Origin: an uncultured delta proteobacterium
Lineage (GTDB): Bacteria; Desulfobacterota; Desulfomonilia; Desulfomonilales; Desulfomonilaceae
Length of the DNA stretch: 64,000 bases
Direction: 5' to 3'
NCBI GenBank assembly: GCA_963789265.1
Contig: CAWBKB010000003.1
Span: 192,001 to 256,000 of the forward strand
The notes under the pieces are model-generated. The model did no database searches. It saw only the letters and a program-made list of their open reading frames with translations, and had not been told where the DNA came from. Positions 10,322 to 21,405 of this stretch are shown here, one piece after another (positions within the stretch are counted from its first letter, which is position 1; the number at the start of each line of letters is the position of its first letter). The position numbers and the translations under genes were made by a program.

Positions 10322-11113
10322 ATGAATCTCTGCCGTCCCGACAATCAAAAGTCATGTGCCGCGTGTTGCGGCCTGTACAACGTACGTGATGCCACGCGGC
10401 CAACGCTCCGGAAAAACCTCGAAACACGTACGCTTCTTTTCCGTGAAAAGGAGCGGTCTGCGGACGCGATTGAGAAGTATGCCGCTCTGATCCGGCAATC
10501 GGGGAAAGTCCTGCCAATAGATGATGCCATACATGTTTGCGAATTTACAGGTTTTTTAGATGAGGCCTTCAACGTCGTCGGCTGCATGCTTCATCCAAAT
10601 GCACCGGGAAATCGCGGAATAGATCTGAGGGGCCTGTGTCACTACGGTAGCGTGGCCTGCAAGACCTTCTATTGCCCCGCTTGGGATGAACTCGATCCGC
10701 AGCACCGCAGCATTCTCGTAGACGCGATAGATGACTGGCATCTTTATGGATTGGTGATGACTGATGTGGACTTTGTGAGGTCGTTGTTCGGTCTTATAGA
10801 AAAAAGACTGGGACGAGCAGTTCAGCCGCGGTTGTTGTCTTCAGTTCCTACACTGGAAATCTTCAAGCGAATGCTTTCATGGAAGAATACTTGGCCGTTC
10901 GCCGGATCTTCCTCAATGCGCGACAGCCGGTACTACTTCAAGGGATCGTGCTTGTCAGAAGGACTCGGATGTGAAGCGCATTTGGCCCGTTTGCTTGGTA
11001 CCATCAGCTTTACGTTCGGCGCAGACCGCGGGACGGATCGCGCAGAAAATTTCGTGCGGCAAACAGTGGAAGATTTCGTGGCGGCCTATGCCGGCGGATC
11101 GGTAGATTTTTAG
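10322..11113 (+). CDS. Hypothetical protein with Cys cluster (possible metal-binding, YkgJ/CxxCC-like)
   Basis: SCAACCGLYN, VCEF, GCMLHP and LCHYGSVACKTFYCP in a 263-aa ORF. Confidence 0.7.
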   Translation: MNLCRPDNQKSCAACCGLYNVRDATRPTLRKNLETRTLLFREKERSADAIEKYAALIRQSGKVLPIDDAIHVCEFTGFLDEAFNVVGCMLHPNAPGNRGIDLRGLCHYGSVACKTFYCPAWDELDPQHRSILVDAIDDWHLYGLVMTDVDFVRSLFGLIEKRLGRAVQPRLLSSVPTLEIFKRMLSWKNTWPFAGSSSMRDSRYYFKGSCLSEGLGCEAHLARLLGTISFTFGADRGTDRAENFVRQTVEDFVAAYAGGSVDF

Positions 11114-11238
11114 GATATTCTATGAACGGAAATCAATGCGTCGTCATAGAGGTGACAAGCCTGGGCAAAATGTGGGGGCATCCCGAGCGGAACGCGGGAC
11201 TGCCCGCCATCCGTCGCCCCGGACTCGGATCTGGGCAT

Positions 11239-11378
11239 GGTAGGGGCGAATGACATTCGCCCTGGGCGACCGGCGGTCGCCCCTACATTGCCCCGCGTAC
11301 GCGGCAGAACGACACGCGGGGGCGGGTTTGAAACCTGCCCCTACTGGAACCAGGTGTCACTTGCTTGAAAACGAATCG
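11239..11378. repeat. REP doublet plus ~85-bp dispersed repeat copy
   Basis: GTAGGGGCGAATGACATTCGCCC...GGTCGCCCCTAC, then GGGGGCGGGTTTGAAACCTGCCCCTAC-TGGAACCAGGTGTCACTTGCTTGAAA. Confidence 0.8.
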
Positions 11379-11422
11379 TCATAAGACTCATCCAGGGATT
11401 CTTATGAATAATAGTTAATCTA

Positions 11423-11518
11423 TATCAATAAGTTATAATAATAAGCTCAACTCTTAGTGAAGAATTTCAATAAACCGTACTAAAAATGCTTGACCCCTGT
11501 CAGGCGATCCTGTATTGT
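11423..11518 (+). promoter_or_regulatory. IHF-consensus site and candidate sigma70 promoter
   Basis: TATCAA-TAAG-TTA (11423-11435) matches WATCAANNNNTTR; TTGACC-17-TATTGT at 11490-11518. Confidence 0.5.
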
Positions 11519-11594
11519 TATTTCACCGATATCTTCGGACAACGAAGTGTGCGTTTGGGGGCCCCAGTAGCGGGCTTCTTTGGAGAGTATGGAC

Positions 11595-11969
11595 ATGCGT
11601 CGAGGCTTTCTCATCGCCGTGTCTGCTATTGCAGTCGTGGCAGCCATTGCGGCTTTCCCCCTACAAGTCGCGGCGTACATGCCTCCCCCGGACCCCTGCG
11701 AACTGGTCCCGATGACTTACGGACCACCCTCACCGCCGACCTGCGCGGCGCCTCCGCCACCGCATTATTGCGGTTCATGCCCTCCTTATAGGTGTTACCC
11801 CCCGAAACTGGTGGGGCCACCCCCCTGCCCTGTAGTGGTCTGCAATTGCTCCTGCCCCACACCTGCAGCTTACAGAATAACACCTTGTCCTCCTTGCCCC
11901 CCGCCCCCATGTACCCCGGTGTGTGGGCCTCCTGCCTGCTCTCCCCCGGTTTGCGGTTATCCCCGTTAA
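11595..11969 (+). CDS. Secreted Cys/Pro-rich small protein of unknown function
   Basis: RBS GGAGA, signal peptide MRRGFLIAVSAIAVVAAIAAFPLQVAA, and a mature part with 15 Cys and about 36 Pro. Confidence 0.75.
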   Translation: MRRGFLIAVSAIAVVAAIAAFPLQVAAYMPPPDPCELVPMTYGPPSPPTCAAPPPPHYCGSCPPYRCYPPKLVGPPPCPVVVCNCSCPTPAAYRITPCPPCPPPPCTPVCGPPACSPPVCGYPR

Positions 11970-12346
11970 CGGGCCCGTACCGACGCCTATAGTGAATAGA
12001 GCCTCAACTTCCCACAGCAATCGATCTAGCCGAAATCACTACTCCATGGGGTTCTGATTCCCAAGCATCGCGGGGAAATTCCGCGGTACGCGGGACTATG
12101 CCCGCAACTGCCTTTGTTTGGCTGACATAGTCGAGGCAGAGTCCGTGAACGAAAAATCCTGAGCAGTGGCACAAGGTTGTCGCGATATCTCGGCGGATGT
12201 TTACTCTTTTATTCCGAATGTTATTGAAAAGATATCAAGTATTATGTTATTATTAACCGTAATGTTCCGCTGTCACTACTATTTGTAATGATACTCTGTG
12301 TCACAGGACACGGTACGATTGACTCTGAAAAGAGGCTCTCAGGGCG

Positions 12347-14983
12347 TTGCGAGTAAAAGCATCACATAAACATACCCTTGTAAGGGACATCCCCTCGACC
12401 GGGCGCCCCCCTTCGCGTACTCATGGTAGCGAATTCGCCGCAATCATCTTTTTTGCCCTGGCCTTGTTTCTGGTGTTGTGCCTCATTTCCTACGACCCCC
12501 GAGATCCGTCGCTGAATGTGGCCACCACGAGGCCCCACGTCTCAAACCTGTGCGGGTTGGTCGGGTCTTACGTGGCCGATGCCATGGTACAGCTACTGGG
12601 AGTTTCTGCCCTGCTGATCCCGCTTGGCTTGGTGGTGCTGGCCCTGCGAGTTTTCGTGCCACCCCGCGTCCCGCTGAGAGGACCCGAATCAATCAGCATA
12701 ATTCTCCTGATTTCTGGAACTTCCACGCTTCTGGAACGTTTCGGCATAGGTCCTGTTCTGAAATTCCCCACTGAGGATGCCGGAGGGGCTGTGGGAGCTC
12801 TTCTTCACAGGACCTCGCTAAAATTCCTTGGCAGCGGAGGAGAGATCGTACTAAGCTTAACCCTTGTCCTGCTCTGCGTTTTGCATCTCTCCAAAATGTC
12901 CCCAAAGAGGACTGTTCGGCTGGGAGCTAGAATCGTTAGGGGATCGGCCAAGATGCTGATATGGGGCTGGAAAACTCTCAAACACCTTTGGGCCGGGCCC
13001 AGTCGCCGGAGCGTGGATTCTTGGGAAGAGCAAACTTGTCCCGGCTTCGCCGACGACTTGGATTATTCAGATGTCGTTCTGCCGAAGATCGGTCAGCGCG
13101 TGAAGCGTCAGGCCGAAGAGGCCGACATGGAGGTCGCGCATCGGTCCCAGTCGCCAGAGATATCCTCAGCATCCAGCGGTAATGGAAAATCAACTCGATC
13201 CTACACAGCCCCCAAGGCATCGGCCGAGGTTTCCGATGTTGAGCGAGAGAATCTAAGACAGGATTCCGAAACTGCTCCTCCCGGGCCTTTCCCCTGGCAA
13301 GCGTTGCAGGGGGTCGAAAGACCTGTGACTTTTGGAGCCATGGAACAAGCCATAGAAGAGTATCTGAAAGACCGACTGTCGGCCGGGGATCGTAGAGAAG
13401 CCCGAGCCCCGGCAATGGCGACCGGGAAACCGGACTCTCAGCGCTTAAGACCCATACGGGTTACCAAACGAGCGGATGAAGATATCCCGCGGGCCGCGAC
13501 TAAAAGCGACAGCGGCTCCGCGGACGGCGACTACATGCTCCCGTCGATTGATCTTCTGGACAAGCCCGCGACCTCCGGGCGCACAATTGACGAAAAACTC
13601 CTGGAACGGAACGCTGTGATCTTAGAACAGAAGCTGTCGGATCTTGGCGTGCAAGGCAAAGTTGTGGAGATCCATCCCGGTCCGGTCATTACCATGTACG
13701 AACTGAGCCTGGCATCAGGTATTCCGCTTCGGAAAGTACTCAGCACCTCGGATGACCTCGCCATGGCGCTCAAATCGGGGTCCACACGCGTCGTGGCGCC
13801 GATCCCCGGTAAAGCTACAGTGGGTATCGAGGTCCCCAACCTGAATCGAGAGATTGTCTATTTTAGGGAAATCATTGAATCGCCCGCGTTCATGGAGTCG
13901 AGCGCTCCGCTGAAAGTCGCCTTGGGCAAAGGCATTGACGGCGAACCTTTCGCCACGAGTCTTGCCAAGATGCCGCATCTTCTCATAGCCGGCGCAACGG
14001 GTACCGGCAAGTCAGTGGGTTTGAACTGCCTGATATGCTCGTGGCTCATGTCCTGCCACCCCGATGACCTGAAGTTCCTCATGGTGGATCCCAAAAAGCT
14101 TGAACTTTCTTACTATCAGGATATTCCGCACTTGCTCCATCCGGTGGTAACCGAGCCGGAAAAGGTCCCCAAGGTCCTGAGTTGGGCCATCAGAGAGATG
14201 GAACGGCGTTACGATCTGCTTAGCAAGGCAGGGGCAAAGAATATTGAAGGATACAATCAACTCGTGCGTTCCATGGAAGTCCCTGACGATCCGATAGGCC
14301 CTCCGGCTGAAAAGCTGCCTTACATCGTAATCATTGTGGATGAGCTCGCGGAACTCATGATGGTGGCTGCCAAGGACATTGAGATTTCCATCGCCCGCTT
14401 GGCCCAGATGGCCAGAGCCGCGGGTATCCATCTTATCCTTGCCACTCAGCGGCCGTCCGTTGACGTGATCACCGGTGTCATCAAGGCTAATTTTCCCGCC
14501 CGGCTCTCGTTTCAGGTGTCGGCCAAGCCTGATTCTAGAACCATCCTGGACACAGTTGGGGCGGAAAACCTTTTGGGAATGGGCGACATGTTGTTTCTTC
14601 CTCCGGGAACGGCCAAGATGCGACGCCTCCACGGAGCATACGTGTCAGAAAGAGAAATCCGCAAGATAGTCGATTTCATTAAGGCTCAGCGCTCTCCAGT
14701 TTATCTGCAGGAGATTACGAAACACGTCTCTGAAGATGATTCAAAGGCCGCGGGCTCCGATCTGATCGACGACGCGAAGTACGATGAGGCAGTGGAATTG
14801 GTCACCAGGCTGGGCCACGCGTCCATCTCTCTGATCCAACGCCACATGCGCATTGGCTACAATCGCGCGGCCCGGATTATCGAAGCCATGGAGTCTGAAG
14901 GGCTTATTGGTCCTTCAGATGGCACCAGCCGCCCGAGGGAAGTAATGGCACGATCTTTGGAATCCATACCCGATAACGGATAA
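12347..14983 (+). CDS. ftsK: DNA translocase FtsK (start uncertain)
   Basis: 4TM N-terminus (SYDPRDPS, NLCGLVGSYVAD), MPHLLIAGATGTGKS, DELAELMM, ATQRPSVDVITG, gamma domain IGYNRAARIIE. Confidence 0.96.
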   Translation: MRVKASHKHTLVRDIPSTGRPPSRTHGSEFAAIIFFALALFLVLCLISYDPRDPSLNVATTRPHVSNLCGLVGSYVADAMVQLLGVSALLIPLGLVVLALRVFVPPRVPLRGPESISIILLISGTSTLLERFGIGPVLKFPTEDAGGAVGALLHRTSLKFLGSGGEIVLSLTLVLLCVLHLSKMSPKRTVRLGARIVRGSAKMLIWGWKTLKHLWAGPSRRSVDSWEEQTCPGFADDLDYSDVVLPKIGQRVKRQAEEADMEVAHRSQSPEISSASSGNGKSTRSYTAPKASAEVSDVERENLRQDSETAPPGPFPWQALQGVERPVTFGAMEQAIEEYLKDRLSAGDRREARAPAMATGKPDSQRLRPIRVTKRADEDIPRAATKSDSGSADGDYMLPSIDLLDKPATSGRTIDEKLLERNAVILEQKLSDLGVQGKVVEIHPGPVITMYELSLASGIPLRKVLSTSDDLAMALKSGSTRVVAPIPGKATVGIEVPNLNREIVYFREIIESPAFMESSAPLKVALGKGIDGEPFATSLAKMPHLLIAGATGTGKSVGLNCLICSWLMSCHPDDLKFLMVDPKKLELSYYQDIPHLLHPVVTEPEKVPKVLSWAIREMERRYDLLSKAGAKNIEGYNQLVRSMEVPDDPIGPPAEKLPYIVIIVDELAELMMVAAKDIEISIARLAQMARAAGIHLILATQRPSVDVITGVIKANFPARLSFQVSAKPDSRTILDTVGAENLLGMGDMLFLPPGTAKMRRLHGAYVSEREIRKIVDFIKAQRSPVYLQEITKHVSEDDSKAAGSDLIDDAKYDEAVELVTRLGHASISLIQRHMRIGYNRAARIIEAMESEGLIGPSDGTSRPREVMARSLESIPDNG

Positions 14984-15112
14984 GAATTTCCAATATTTAT
15001 AGCTGCCAAAAATTTTGTCCAATTTTCCCTGCAAAACGCGGGGTCACCCCGGACTCCGATCCGGGTGTAGGTTCGGGCCGTGCCCGACGCAATATGGCGG
15101 CCACAGGCCGCC

Positions 15113-15889
15113 CTACCAATCCGGCTTGTCCATTCCCCTACAGAGTGCCAGAGCATTTTCTCCCAGGACGTGAATGTTGTACCCGCCTTCCAGGACGGCA
15201 AAGTATTGTCCGTTACATCGGGCCACAGCGTGGTCCCGAACACTTCTCCCGATAGTAAAGTAGTCTTCGGTGGTCAGGGTGCCGCCCCAATCTTGCACAT
15301 GCCTGTCGAAACCCGCGCTTATGGCGATTATGTCGTACTCGTTGGAGACCAAGGCCCTGTCAACATTTTCCAGAAAAGGCCGCCTGCTGTCGTCCTGGAT
15401 ATTGGCCACGACAACTTCTTTTCTGTCCCTGAAAAAGTTGTCCGTGCCGTCTCCGAAATGCAGGTCAATATCCAGGACAAGGGCCTGCGAGATTTTTCGG
15501 GTTCTGATAAGCTTTTCCAGTGCAATGGCAACATTGTTAAAAAAACAAAATCCCCAGTGGCTATCCGGACTCGCATGGTGTCCCGGCGGTCGAACCGCCG
15601 CGAAGGCAGACTGCCCGTGACAGGCCAATTCCCCGGCCATAAGCGCGCCTCCCGCTGCCATAGCGGCCGCCTGATACAGTTCCGGATGGGTCTTCACTGA
15701 ATTCAGAATGGACGGGCTGTGCACCATGAGTATGTCATCTTCAGACGCGGCTGATGGCTGGACAACCGGATAATGCGTTTTGAGGACATTCACGATGGAG
15801 ACCACTCTCGCCGGGGTCTCGACTGACGCTGTCGGATAATCGGTCAGGTACACGTCGTGATAAATGACCTTGAGTGTATTCGATTTCAT
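15113..15889 (-). CDS. Histone deacetylase family (acetylpolyamine amidohydrolase-like) protein
   Basis: RPPGHHA, GFCFFNNVA, DIDLHFGDGT, SAGFD, LEGGY. Confidence 0.93.
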   Translation of the reverse strand: MKSNTLKVIYHDVYLTDYPTASVETPARVVSIVNVLKTHYPVVQPSAASEDDILMVHSPSILNSVKTHPELYQAAAMAAGGALMAGELACHGQSAFAAVRPPGHHASPDSHWGFCFFNNVAIALEKLIRTRKISQALVLDIDLHFGDGTDNFFRDRKEVVVANIQDDSRRPFLENVDRALVSNEYDIIAISAGFDRHVQDWGGTLTTEDYFTIGRSVRDHAVARCNGQYFAVLEGGYNIHVLGENALALCRGMDKPDW

Positions 15890-15922
15890 TGTTTATCCCC
15901 CTCCGCTTGGTCCAGCAAAAAT

Positions 15923-16675
15923 TTATGATCCGTCGGTCAGCCCTATCCACCGCTTCACAAGCACTTCCGGCCAGGCTGCGGCCATGATCGAAGCGATTCT
16001 TCCGGCGTCTCCCCGAATTTTTGGGCTCAGAAAAGGGAGCCCAACTACGGGCACATCATCCGCGAGATAAGCCAAGTCGTCCAGGGTAAATTCCTCTTCC
16101 GGGCCGGCAAGCGAGGATTCGGAACAGGAGAGAACCACCCCTGCAATGGGTATCCCGCGTTCCTTGAGCGCGTGCAGGCTTAGCAAGGTGTGATTAATAG
16201 TCCCCAATCTCGTTCGCCCCACAAGCAGACTGGAATACCCAAGCCTTTGGGCGAGGTCGATCATCATGAGTCTGCCTTGAATCGGAACCATCAGTCCCCC
16301 CGCACCTTCGACCACGGTCAGATCTGCATCCTCGGTCAGGGCACGAACATGCTCCTCCACATCGGCCATATTAAGACCACATCCCTCCATCGCGGCGGCT
16401 CTAGCAGGTGAGGCAGGCAAAGAGAATCGAAAAGGCACACATTCATCCAAAGAGAGATCATTTTCCGCGGCTTCGGCAAGAAATGCACCATCTTCAGGGA
16501 ACAATACCCCGGAGCGCACCTGGCAGCCGGTCTCCATCGGTTTGACCGCGATGGCACGAATACCTGCATTTCTCGCCAGTCTTACCAGGCCTGCCGCAAC
16601 GATAGTCTTGCCCACACCAGTGTCGGTGCCGGTTATGAATAATCCTCTTTTTCGGTAAGCGTGTGAGGAAGTCAT
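15923..16675 (-). CDS. bioD: Dethiobiotin synthase
   Basis: FITGTDTGVGKT, KPMETG, VEGAGGLMVP, LGTINHTLL. Confidence 0.95.
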   Translation of the reverse strand: MTSSHAYRKRGLFITGTDTGVGKTIVAAGLVRLARNAGIRAIAVKPMETGCQVRSGVLFPEDGAFLAEAAENDLSLDECVPFRFSLPASPARAAAMEGCGLNMADVEEHVRALTEDADLTVVEGAGGLMVPIQGRLMMIDLAQRLGYSSLLVGRTRLGTINHTLLSLHALKERGIPIAGVVLSCSESSLAGPEEEFTLDDLAYLADDVPVVGLPFLSPKIRGDAGRIASIMAAAWPEVLVKRWIGLTDGS

Positions 16676-16691
16676 GCTTTGACGGCTTTCC

Positions 16692-18039
16692 CTACCTGTC
16701 GCCGCAGGTCTCAATTATGGATCGTGCCGTTGCCGAAACTAGCAATTCTATTTCCTCCGCGCTGATCGATAGCGGGGGCATTAGTACCACAACATCACCG
16801 AGGGGCCGGAGAATCACCCCATATTTTCTAATATGTTCGGCAACTTGTGCCCCCATCCTCAACTCCGGGGGATAATCGGTACGTAGCGTGGTGTCCTCTA
16901 TCAGTTCTATGCCCACCATGAAGCCGCGCTGTCTGATCTCGCCAACATGATGCAAGGGTTCAATCTCGGCCGCAAGACGCTCTCCCAGTAAGCCTATCTT
17001 CGGTTGAATCGCTTCCAAAGTGTTTTCCGACTCGAATATATCCAGGCATGCACAGGCTGCTGCGCAAGCCAGGGCATTACCGGTGTAGCTGTGGCCGTGG
17101 AAGAAGGTCTTGTATTCCGTATGCGGTCCGAGAAAAGCGCGGTATATCTCATCAGTCACCAATGTGGCGGCCAACGGCAGATATCCTCCTGACAAGCCTT
17201 TGGCCAAAGCCATCATGTCCGGATGAACCTCCTCATGCTCGCAGGCAAACATCTTCCCTGTTCTCCCGAACCCTGTCGCAACTTCGTCACAGATCAGAAG
17301 AATCCCGTGTTCGCGGCAAATCTCTTCAAGTCCTTTTAGAAAGCCGGCCGGATGGACAATCATACCCGCGGCTCCTTGAACTAGAGGCTCCACCACAAGT
17401 GCGGCTATCTCGTCGGCCCTTTGTTCGGCCATTGCGCGAAAATTACGGAGAGACTTATCGCGGCATTCTTCCGGCGTTGACTCATGGCAGCGGTACGGGA
17501 AAGGAGTTGGAATCGTGAGGGTTCTGGAAAAGAAGCGGATGAAAGATGCTGTGGAACAGATCTATGCCGCCGAGACTCACCGAGCCGATGGTATCTCCGT
17601 GATATGCCTGGGACAGAGTGGCAAACAGCCTCTTTTTCTCGAATCCGAGGTTTCGCCAGTATTGGAACGCTATCTTGAGCGCTACTTCAACAGCGGTGGA
17701 GCCCGAATCTGAATAGAAAACCCTGTTCAAGCCCTCAGGTGTGATCGCCACCAGCTTTTCCGCCAACTCTATGGACGGGACCGCGGCCAGCCCAAGCAGG
17801 GTCGAGTGGGCCAACTTGCCGAGTTGCATGATGATAGCGAGGTCTATAGCCTCCTTGCGATGCCCGTGGACATTCACCCATAACGAAGAAACACCATCCA
17901 GGTACCTTCGACCTTCTGTGTCGATCAGGAAATTCCCTTCGGCCCTTTCTATTACCAGAGGTTGAGATTGAAGCCATTCTTCCATCTGGGTAAAGGGGTG
18001 CCAGATATACTTCTTGTCCAGTTCAGGCCAGTTCTTCAC
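16692..18039 (-). CDS. bioA: Adenosylmethionine-8-amino-7-oxononanoate aminotransferase; +1 frameshift near 17525
   Basis: [58 protein letters not shown] and FHGHSYTGN across two ORFs that join on removing one base. Confidence 0.93.
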
Positions 18040-18204
18040 TGAATAGTCCTCAAAGCTCGGGTGCAGGCCATTTTCCGCGCGTGGAATGTGTGGCAAGAAG
18101 CGGGAATCCATGCCGCCCAGATCAAACCGCACTGTCCCCGCGAAATCAGTCCTGCCCGCCGGATGATTCCAATTGATAGCAGAGTACGCCCCGATCCGCT
18201 CCCC

Positions 18205-19326
18205 TCAATCGGGAGCGGCCGCGCCTTGAAGAGGTTTGTCTTTGCTCAACAGCGGTCCGGTGGATATTTCTTTCAAGCCCTCTACCGCTTCGGACAGCCC
18301 GTCCGCAGAACACTTCTCGGATTCATTGGCGAACATTGCCTGGTCGAACCGAAAATCACTTGTAAGGTAGGATACAAGCCCGAGAGCCAAGCATAACACA
18401 AAGCTGAACAAGTGATAGACTGTTGCAAAAGATACGGCCACCACAGCGCTTATTCCGAAAAGGGTCAAAGCATAACGACATGCCGCATGAAATGTTCCGA
18501 TGAAGCCGGGCGCGGATGGGAGGGCTACCCCCAGACAGATGAAGACCTGTATCGTAACCGCCACTAGAAAAGGAGCCTTAATCGAAAAGGCCAGCAAGAA
18601 GAGATAAGTCAAGAGTGAAAAAACGAACCACAGCATCACGGAACAGGCGAAGAGTATTATGGCCTGTCTAAAGCTGGCCATAATCCCGAAGCCGTCCAAA
18701 AGACGTTGAAAGATTCCCTCCAAGAAGCCGGCGGCCGTTGCAGGCAACCACGATAAGAGCCTGTGCACGATCCGATCTGCCTTTTCCCTTTGTGCCAAGG
18801 CCAGTAGAACCAGCACGTATCCCGCCGCAAGCATAAGTAGCAGGGTTTGCCCAAGTAAGGAATAGATTCTGGGTACTTGGGGCGTGGTCCATAGCACAAG
18901 TCCCATCAGCACCAAAAGCCCCGAAAGGTCGAAAAACCGCTCGACCATTACCGCTCCGACACCGCTGGTAAAAGAGGCGCCTCTGGTGCGCAGCAGGTAC
19001 GGCCTGACCAACTCCCCTAGCCTCGCAGGCATGATCATGCTTGCCGCAGCCCAAAGGTTGAGGAGATCCCAGAGATCTTTTAAGGATAGACGACAGATAG
19101 GACGAAGGATCAGCCCGAAACGAAGGGCTCTTGCGAGCTGGGCGAAAATCACGAGAAGCGCGCACGGCAGGAGATAAAGGGGCTTCATCTGTCTCAGGCC
19201 GCTTACGAAGTCCTGCCATGAGATGTCCCGGAAGGCCAGATACAGAAAGAACATTCCCAGAGCGGTCCCGGCTGCCACAAACAAAAAGCGCTTGACGTTT
19301 CGGCTCCTTGAGCTATAGCTGGCCAT
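18205..19326 (-). CDS. Lysylphosphatidylglycerol synthase TM-domain (flippase-like, UPF0104) protein
   Basis: Multi-TM protein with [17 protein letters not shown] and [11 protein letters not shown] motifs. Confidence 0.88.
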   Translation of the reverse strand: MASYSSRSRNVKRFLFVAAGTALGMFFLYLAFRDISWQDFVSGLRQMKPLYLLPCALLVIFAQLARALRFGLILRPICRLSLKDLWDLLNLWAAASMIMPARLGELVRPYLLRTRGASFTSGVGAVMVERFFDLSGLLVLMGLVLWTTPQVPRIYSLLGQTLLLMLAAGYVLVLLALAQREKADRIVHRLLSWLPATAAGFLEGIFQRLLDGFGIMASFRQAIILFACSVMLWFVFSLLTYLFLLAFSIKAPFLVAVTIQVFICLGVALPSAPGFIGTFHAACRYALTLFGISAVVAVSFATVYHLFSFVLCLALGLVSYLTSDFRFDQAMFANESEKCSADGLSEAVEGLKEISTGPLLSKDKPLQGAAAPD

Positions 19327-20263
19327 GCGAACTCCCCAGTTCCCGGCGAAAGTAAGCAATGGTCGCCTTCAGGCCCTCTGTCAAAGACACCTCGGGGACC
19401 CAGCCCAATTTACCTTTTGCAAGAGTGATGTCCGGTCTGCGCCTTGTCGGATCATCTTCAGGCAGAGGCTTGTAGACGATTTCGGAACCTGTGGCGGGTA
19501 TCATTTCTAAGATCATCCTTGCCAAATCCTTAACGGTCACCTCGTGAGGGTTGCCCAAGTTTATCGGGCCGGGCTCAGAGCTTTCCATAAGACGTATGAG
19601 GCCGTCAACCATGTCGGAGACATAGCAAAAAGATCGGGTTTGCATGCCGTTGCCATACACGGTTAAATCGTCGCCTCGGAGCACCTGGCAAATAAAATTA
19701 CTTATCACTCTGCCATCATTTGGAAGCATTCGGGGACCGTACGTATTGAAAATGCGTGCTATGGCCACATTGACGTTGTTGTAGTCACGGTATCCCACCA
19801 TCAAGGTCTCGGCAGCACGCTTACCTTCATCATAGCACGCCCTGGGGCCCACTGGGTTTACATTCCCGTGGTATGTTTCCACTTGAGGATGAACCTCCGG
19901 GTCACCATATATCTCGGAAGTCGAGGCAAGCAAGATTCTGGCCTTGATGCGTTTCGCCAAGCCGAGCATGTTCAGTGTCCCCAGGACCGAGGTCTTCAAG
20001 GTCTTGATAGGGTTACCCTGGTAATGGACTGGGGATGCCGGACAAGCTAAGTGATAGATCTGATCGGCCTCGAGCAAAATGGGCGTGACGACATCATGGC
20101 GAATGTACTCAAAGTTTGGCTCGCCCATGAACGGAAGAATGTTTTTCTTGCTTCCCGTGAAGAAATTATCCAAGCACATTACAGCGTGTCCTCGGGCGAG
20201 GAGCGCTTCAACCAGATGGCTGCCGATAAAGCCCGCGCCACCTGTGACAACGACATTTTTCAT
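19313..20263 (-). CDS. UDP-glucuronate decarboxylase (UDP-xylose synthase) family NAD-dependent epimerase/dehydratase
   Basis: [47 protein letters not shown]. Confidence 0.93.
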   Translation of the reverse strand: MKNVVVTGGAGFIGSHLVEALLARGHAVMCLDNFFTGSKKNILPFMGEPNFEYIRHDVVTPILLEADQIYHLACPASPVHYQGNPIKTLKTSVLGTLNMLGLAKRIKARILLASTSEIYGDPEVHPQVETYHGNVNPVGPRACYDEGKRAAETLMVGYRDYNNVNVAIARIFNTYGPRMLPNDGRVISNFICQVLRGDDLTVYGNGMQTRSFCYVSDMVDGLIRLMESSEPGPINLGNPHEVTVKDLARMILEMIPATGSEIVYKPLPEDDPTRRRPDITLAKGKLGWVPEVSLTEGLKATIAYFRRELGSSHGQL

Positions 20264-20629
20264 TAGGATTGGCTCCCAGGTGCTTGCAAATGAGCCCCAG
20301 TATCCGATACACGAGAGATTATGTCAATCGTCATGACAGGCTGCTATCGCGGGCTGCTGCACCGTACGCGTACAGAACGGTTCAGCTTCATTGTGTGGTT
20401 GCCTCGGATAGTTTGCCGGGCGTGCGGCTGAATTGAAGCTGAAGTCAGGACAGGCTGAGCCCGATAGTAAGAGGTGGGATGCCGGGGGAGCGCTGCCCCC
20501 CGGCAATTGATGCAGTAATTTTCTTGGGTCAGGTTTTGATTGTTTTGTACCGCTCTTTGTGCCGGTACGCTGACTTCGATGAGCTATTAATATCTATTCC
20601 CACACCTTCCACAAACAAACCAAAAGGCA

Positions 20630-21073
20630 TTAATGCCCGCACATAGGAGTTTCTCGCACCAGATAAGTTTGAGGCACCATCACCTGCCGGCAAACAGGCC
20701 TATACACCACATTATAACACGTCACGCACATGGGCTGATAATAGACATAAGGTACTTGCCGCTGGACCACCTGGCAGAACGGTTGTGGACAGCACTTCGT
20801 GCAGGGATCCTGTCCGCAAGGCGAACCGACGGGAATGCCCTTCAACATGAAGTTTTGAATCCTGTAGCCGATTCTCTTAACCGGGATCGCACGCGTACAA
20901 GGCTGAACTTCTGCGACCATTTCAGTCCTTACACAGGGAACCATTCTTGTTACAAACGTGCCACAGGATCCGCATTGCGCAGGCCCGGGGTAGCAGTTCA
21001 TGCATTCACCGGAGACAACGGACGCTGCGAGGAGTAACAAAGCCCCTACAACCGAAACCATAGCCCTTTCCAT
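20630..21073 (-). CDS. Secreted Cys-rich protein of unknown function
   Basis: RBS GAGGT, hydrophobic signal peptide, 15 Cys, Val/Pro/Tyr/Arg-rich extended segments, strong promoter upstream. Confidence 0.75.
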   Translation of the reverse strand: MERAMVSVVGALLLLAASVVSGECMNCYPGPAQCGSCGTFVTRMVPCVRTEMVAEVQPCTRAIPVKRIGYRIQNFMLKGIPVGSPCGQDPCTKCCPQPFCQVVQRQVPYVYYQPMCVTCYNVVYRPVCRQVMVPQTYLVRETPMCGH

Positions 21074-21130
21074 GATCGACCTCACTTGTTAGTGACAATT
21101 AATCTGTGATACAGACAGCTTAATGATCGA

Positions 21131-21193
21131 ATTATAACATAATGATGAGGACTTCTCAATAAATAAATTAGTAAAGAGGATAATAATTTGATA
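21131..21193 (-). promoter_or_regulatory. Near-consensus sigma70 promoter (extended -10) and IHF-consensus site
   Basis: Minus strand TTGAGA-17-TATAAT with TG at the extended position (21131-21159); TATCAA-ATTA-TTA at 21181-21193. Confidence 0.65.
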
Positions 21194-21405
21194 ATTCACG
21201 ATAAATTGGGTAGGCAGGAGCCGTACAAACGAGAAGCCCGGCGACAGGACATCAGAAGCCGTCAGGCTTCTCTCGTTACGCATACGCGGTATGGTGATTG
21301 AATGTAGCCCCTACATAGCACATTAAACCCCTATGGCAAGAAAAAAATTCTACCTCTGCTGCTATACGTAACTAGCTGATCCCCCTGAGCAATCATGTTC
21401 CACGG

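Noticed and set aside
20480..20505. GC hairpin TGCCGGGGG...CCCCCGGCA, and the hairpin at 21228-21277, as riboswitch or terminator
   Set aside because: No recognisable aptamer consensus and no clear U-tract, so neither can be assigned.
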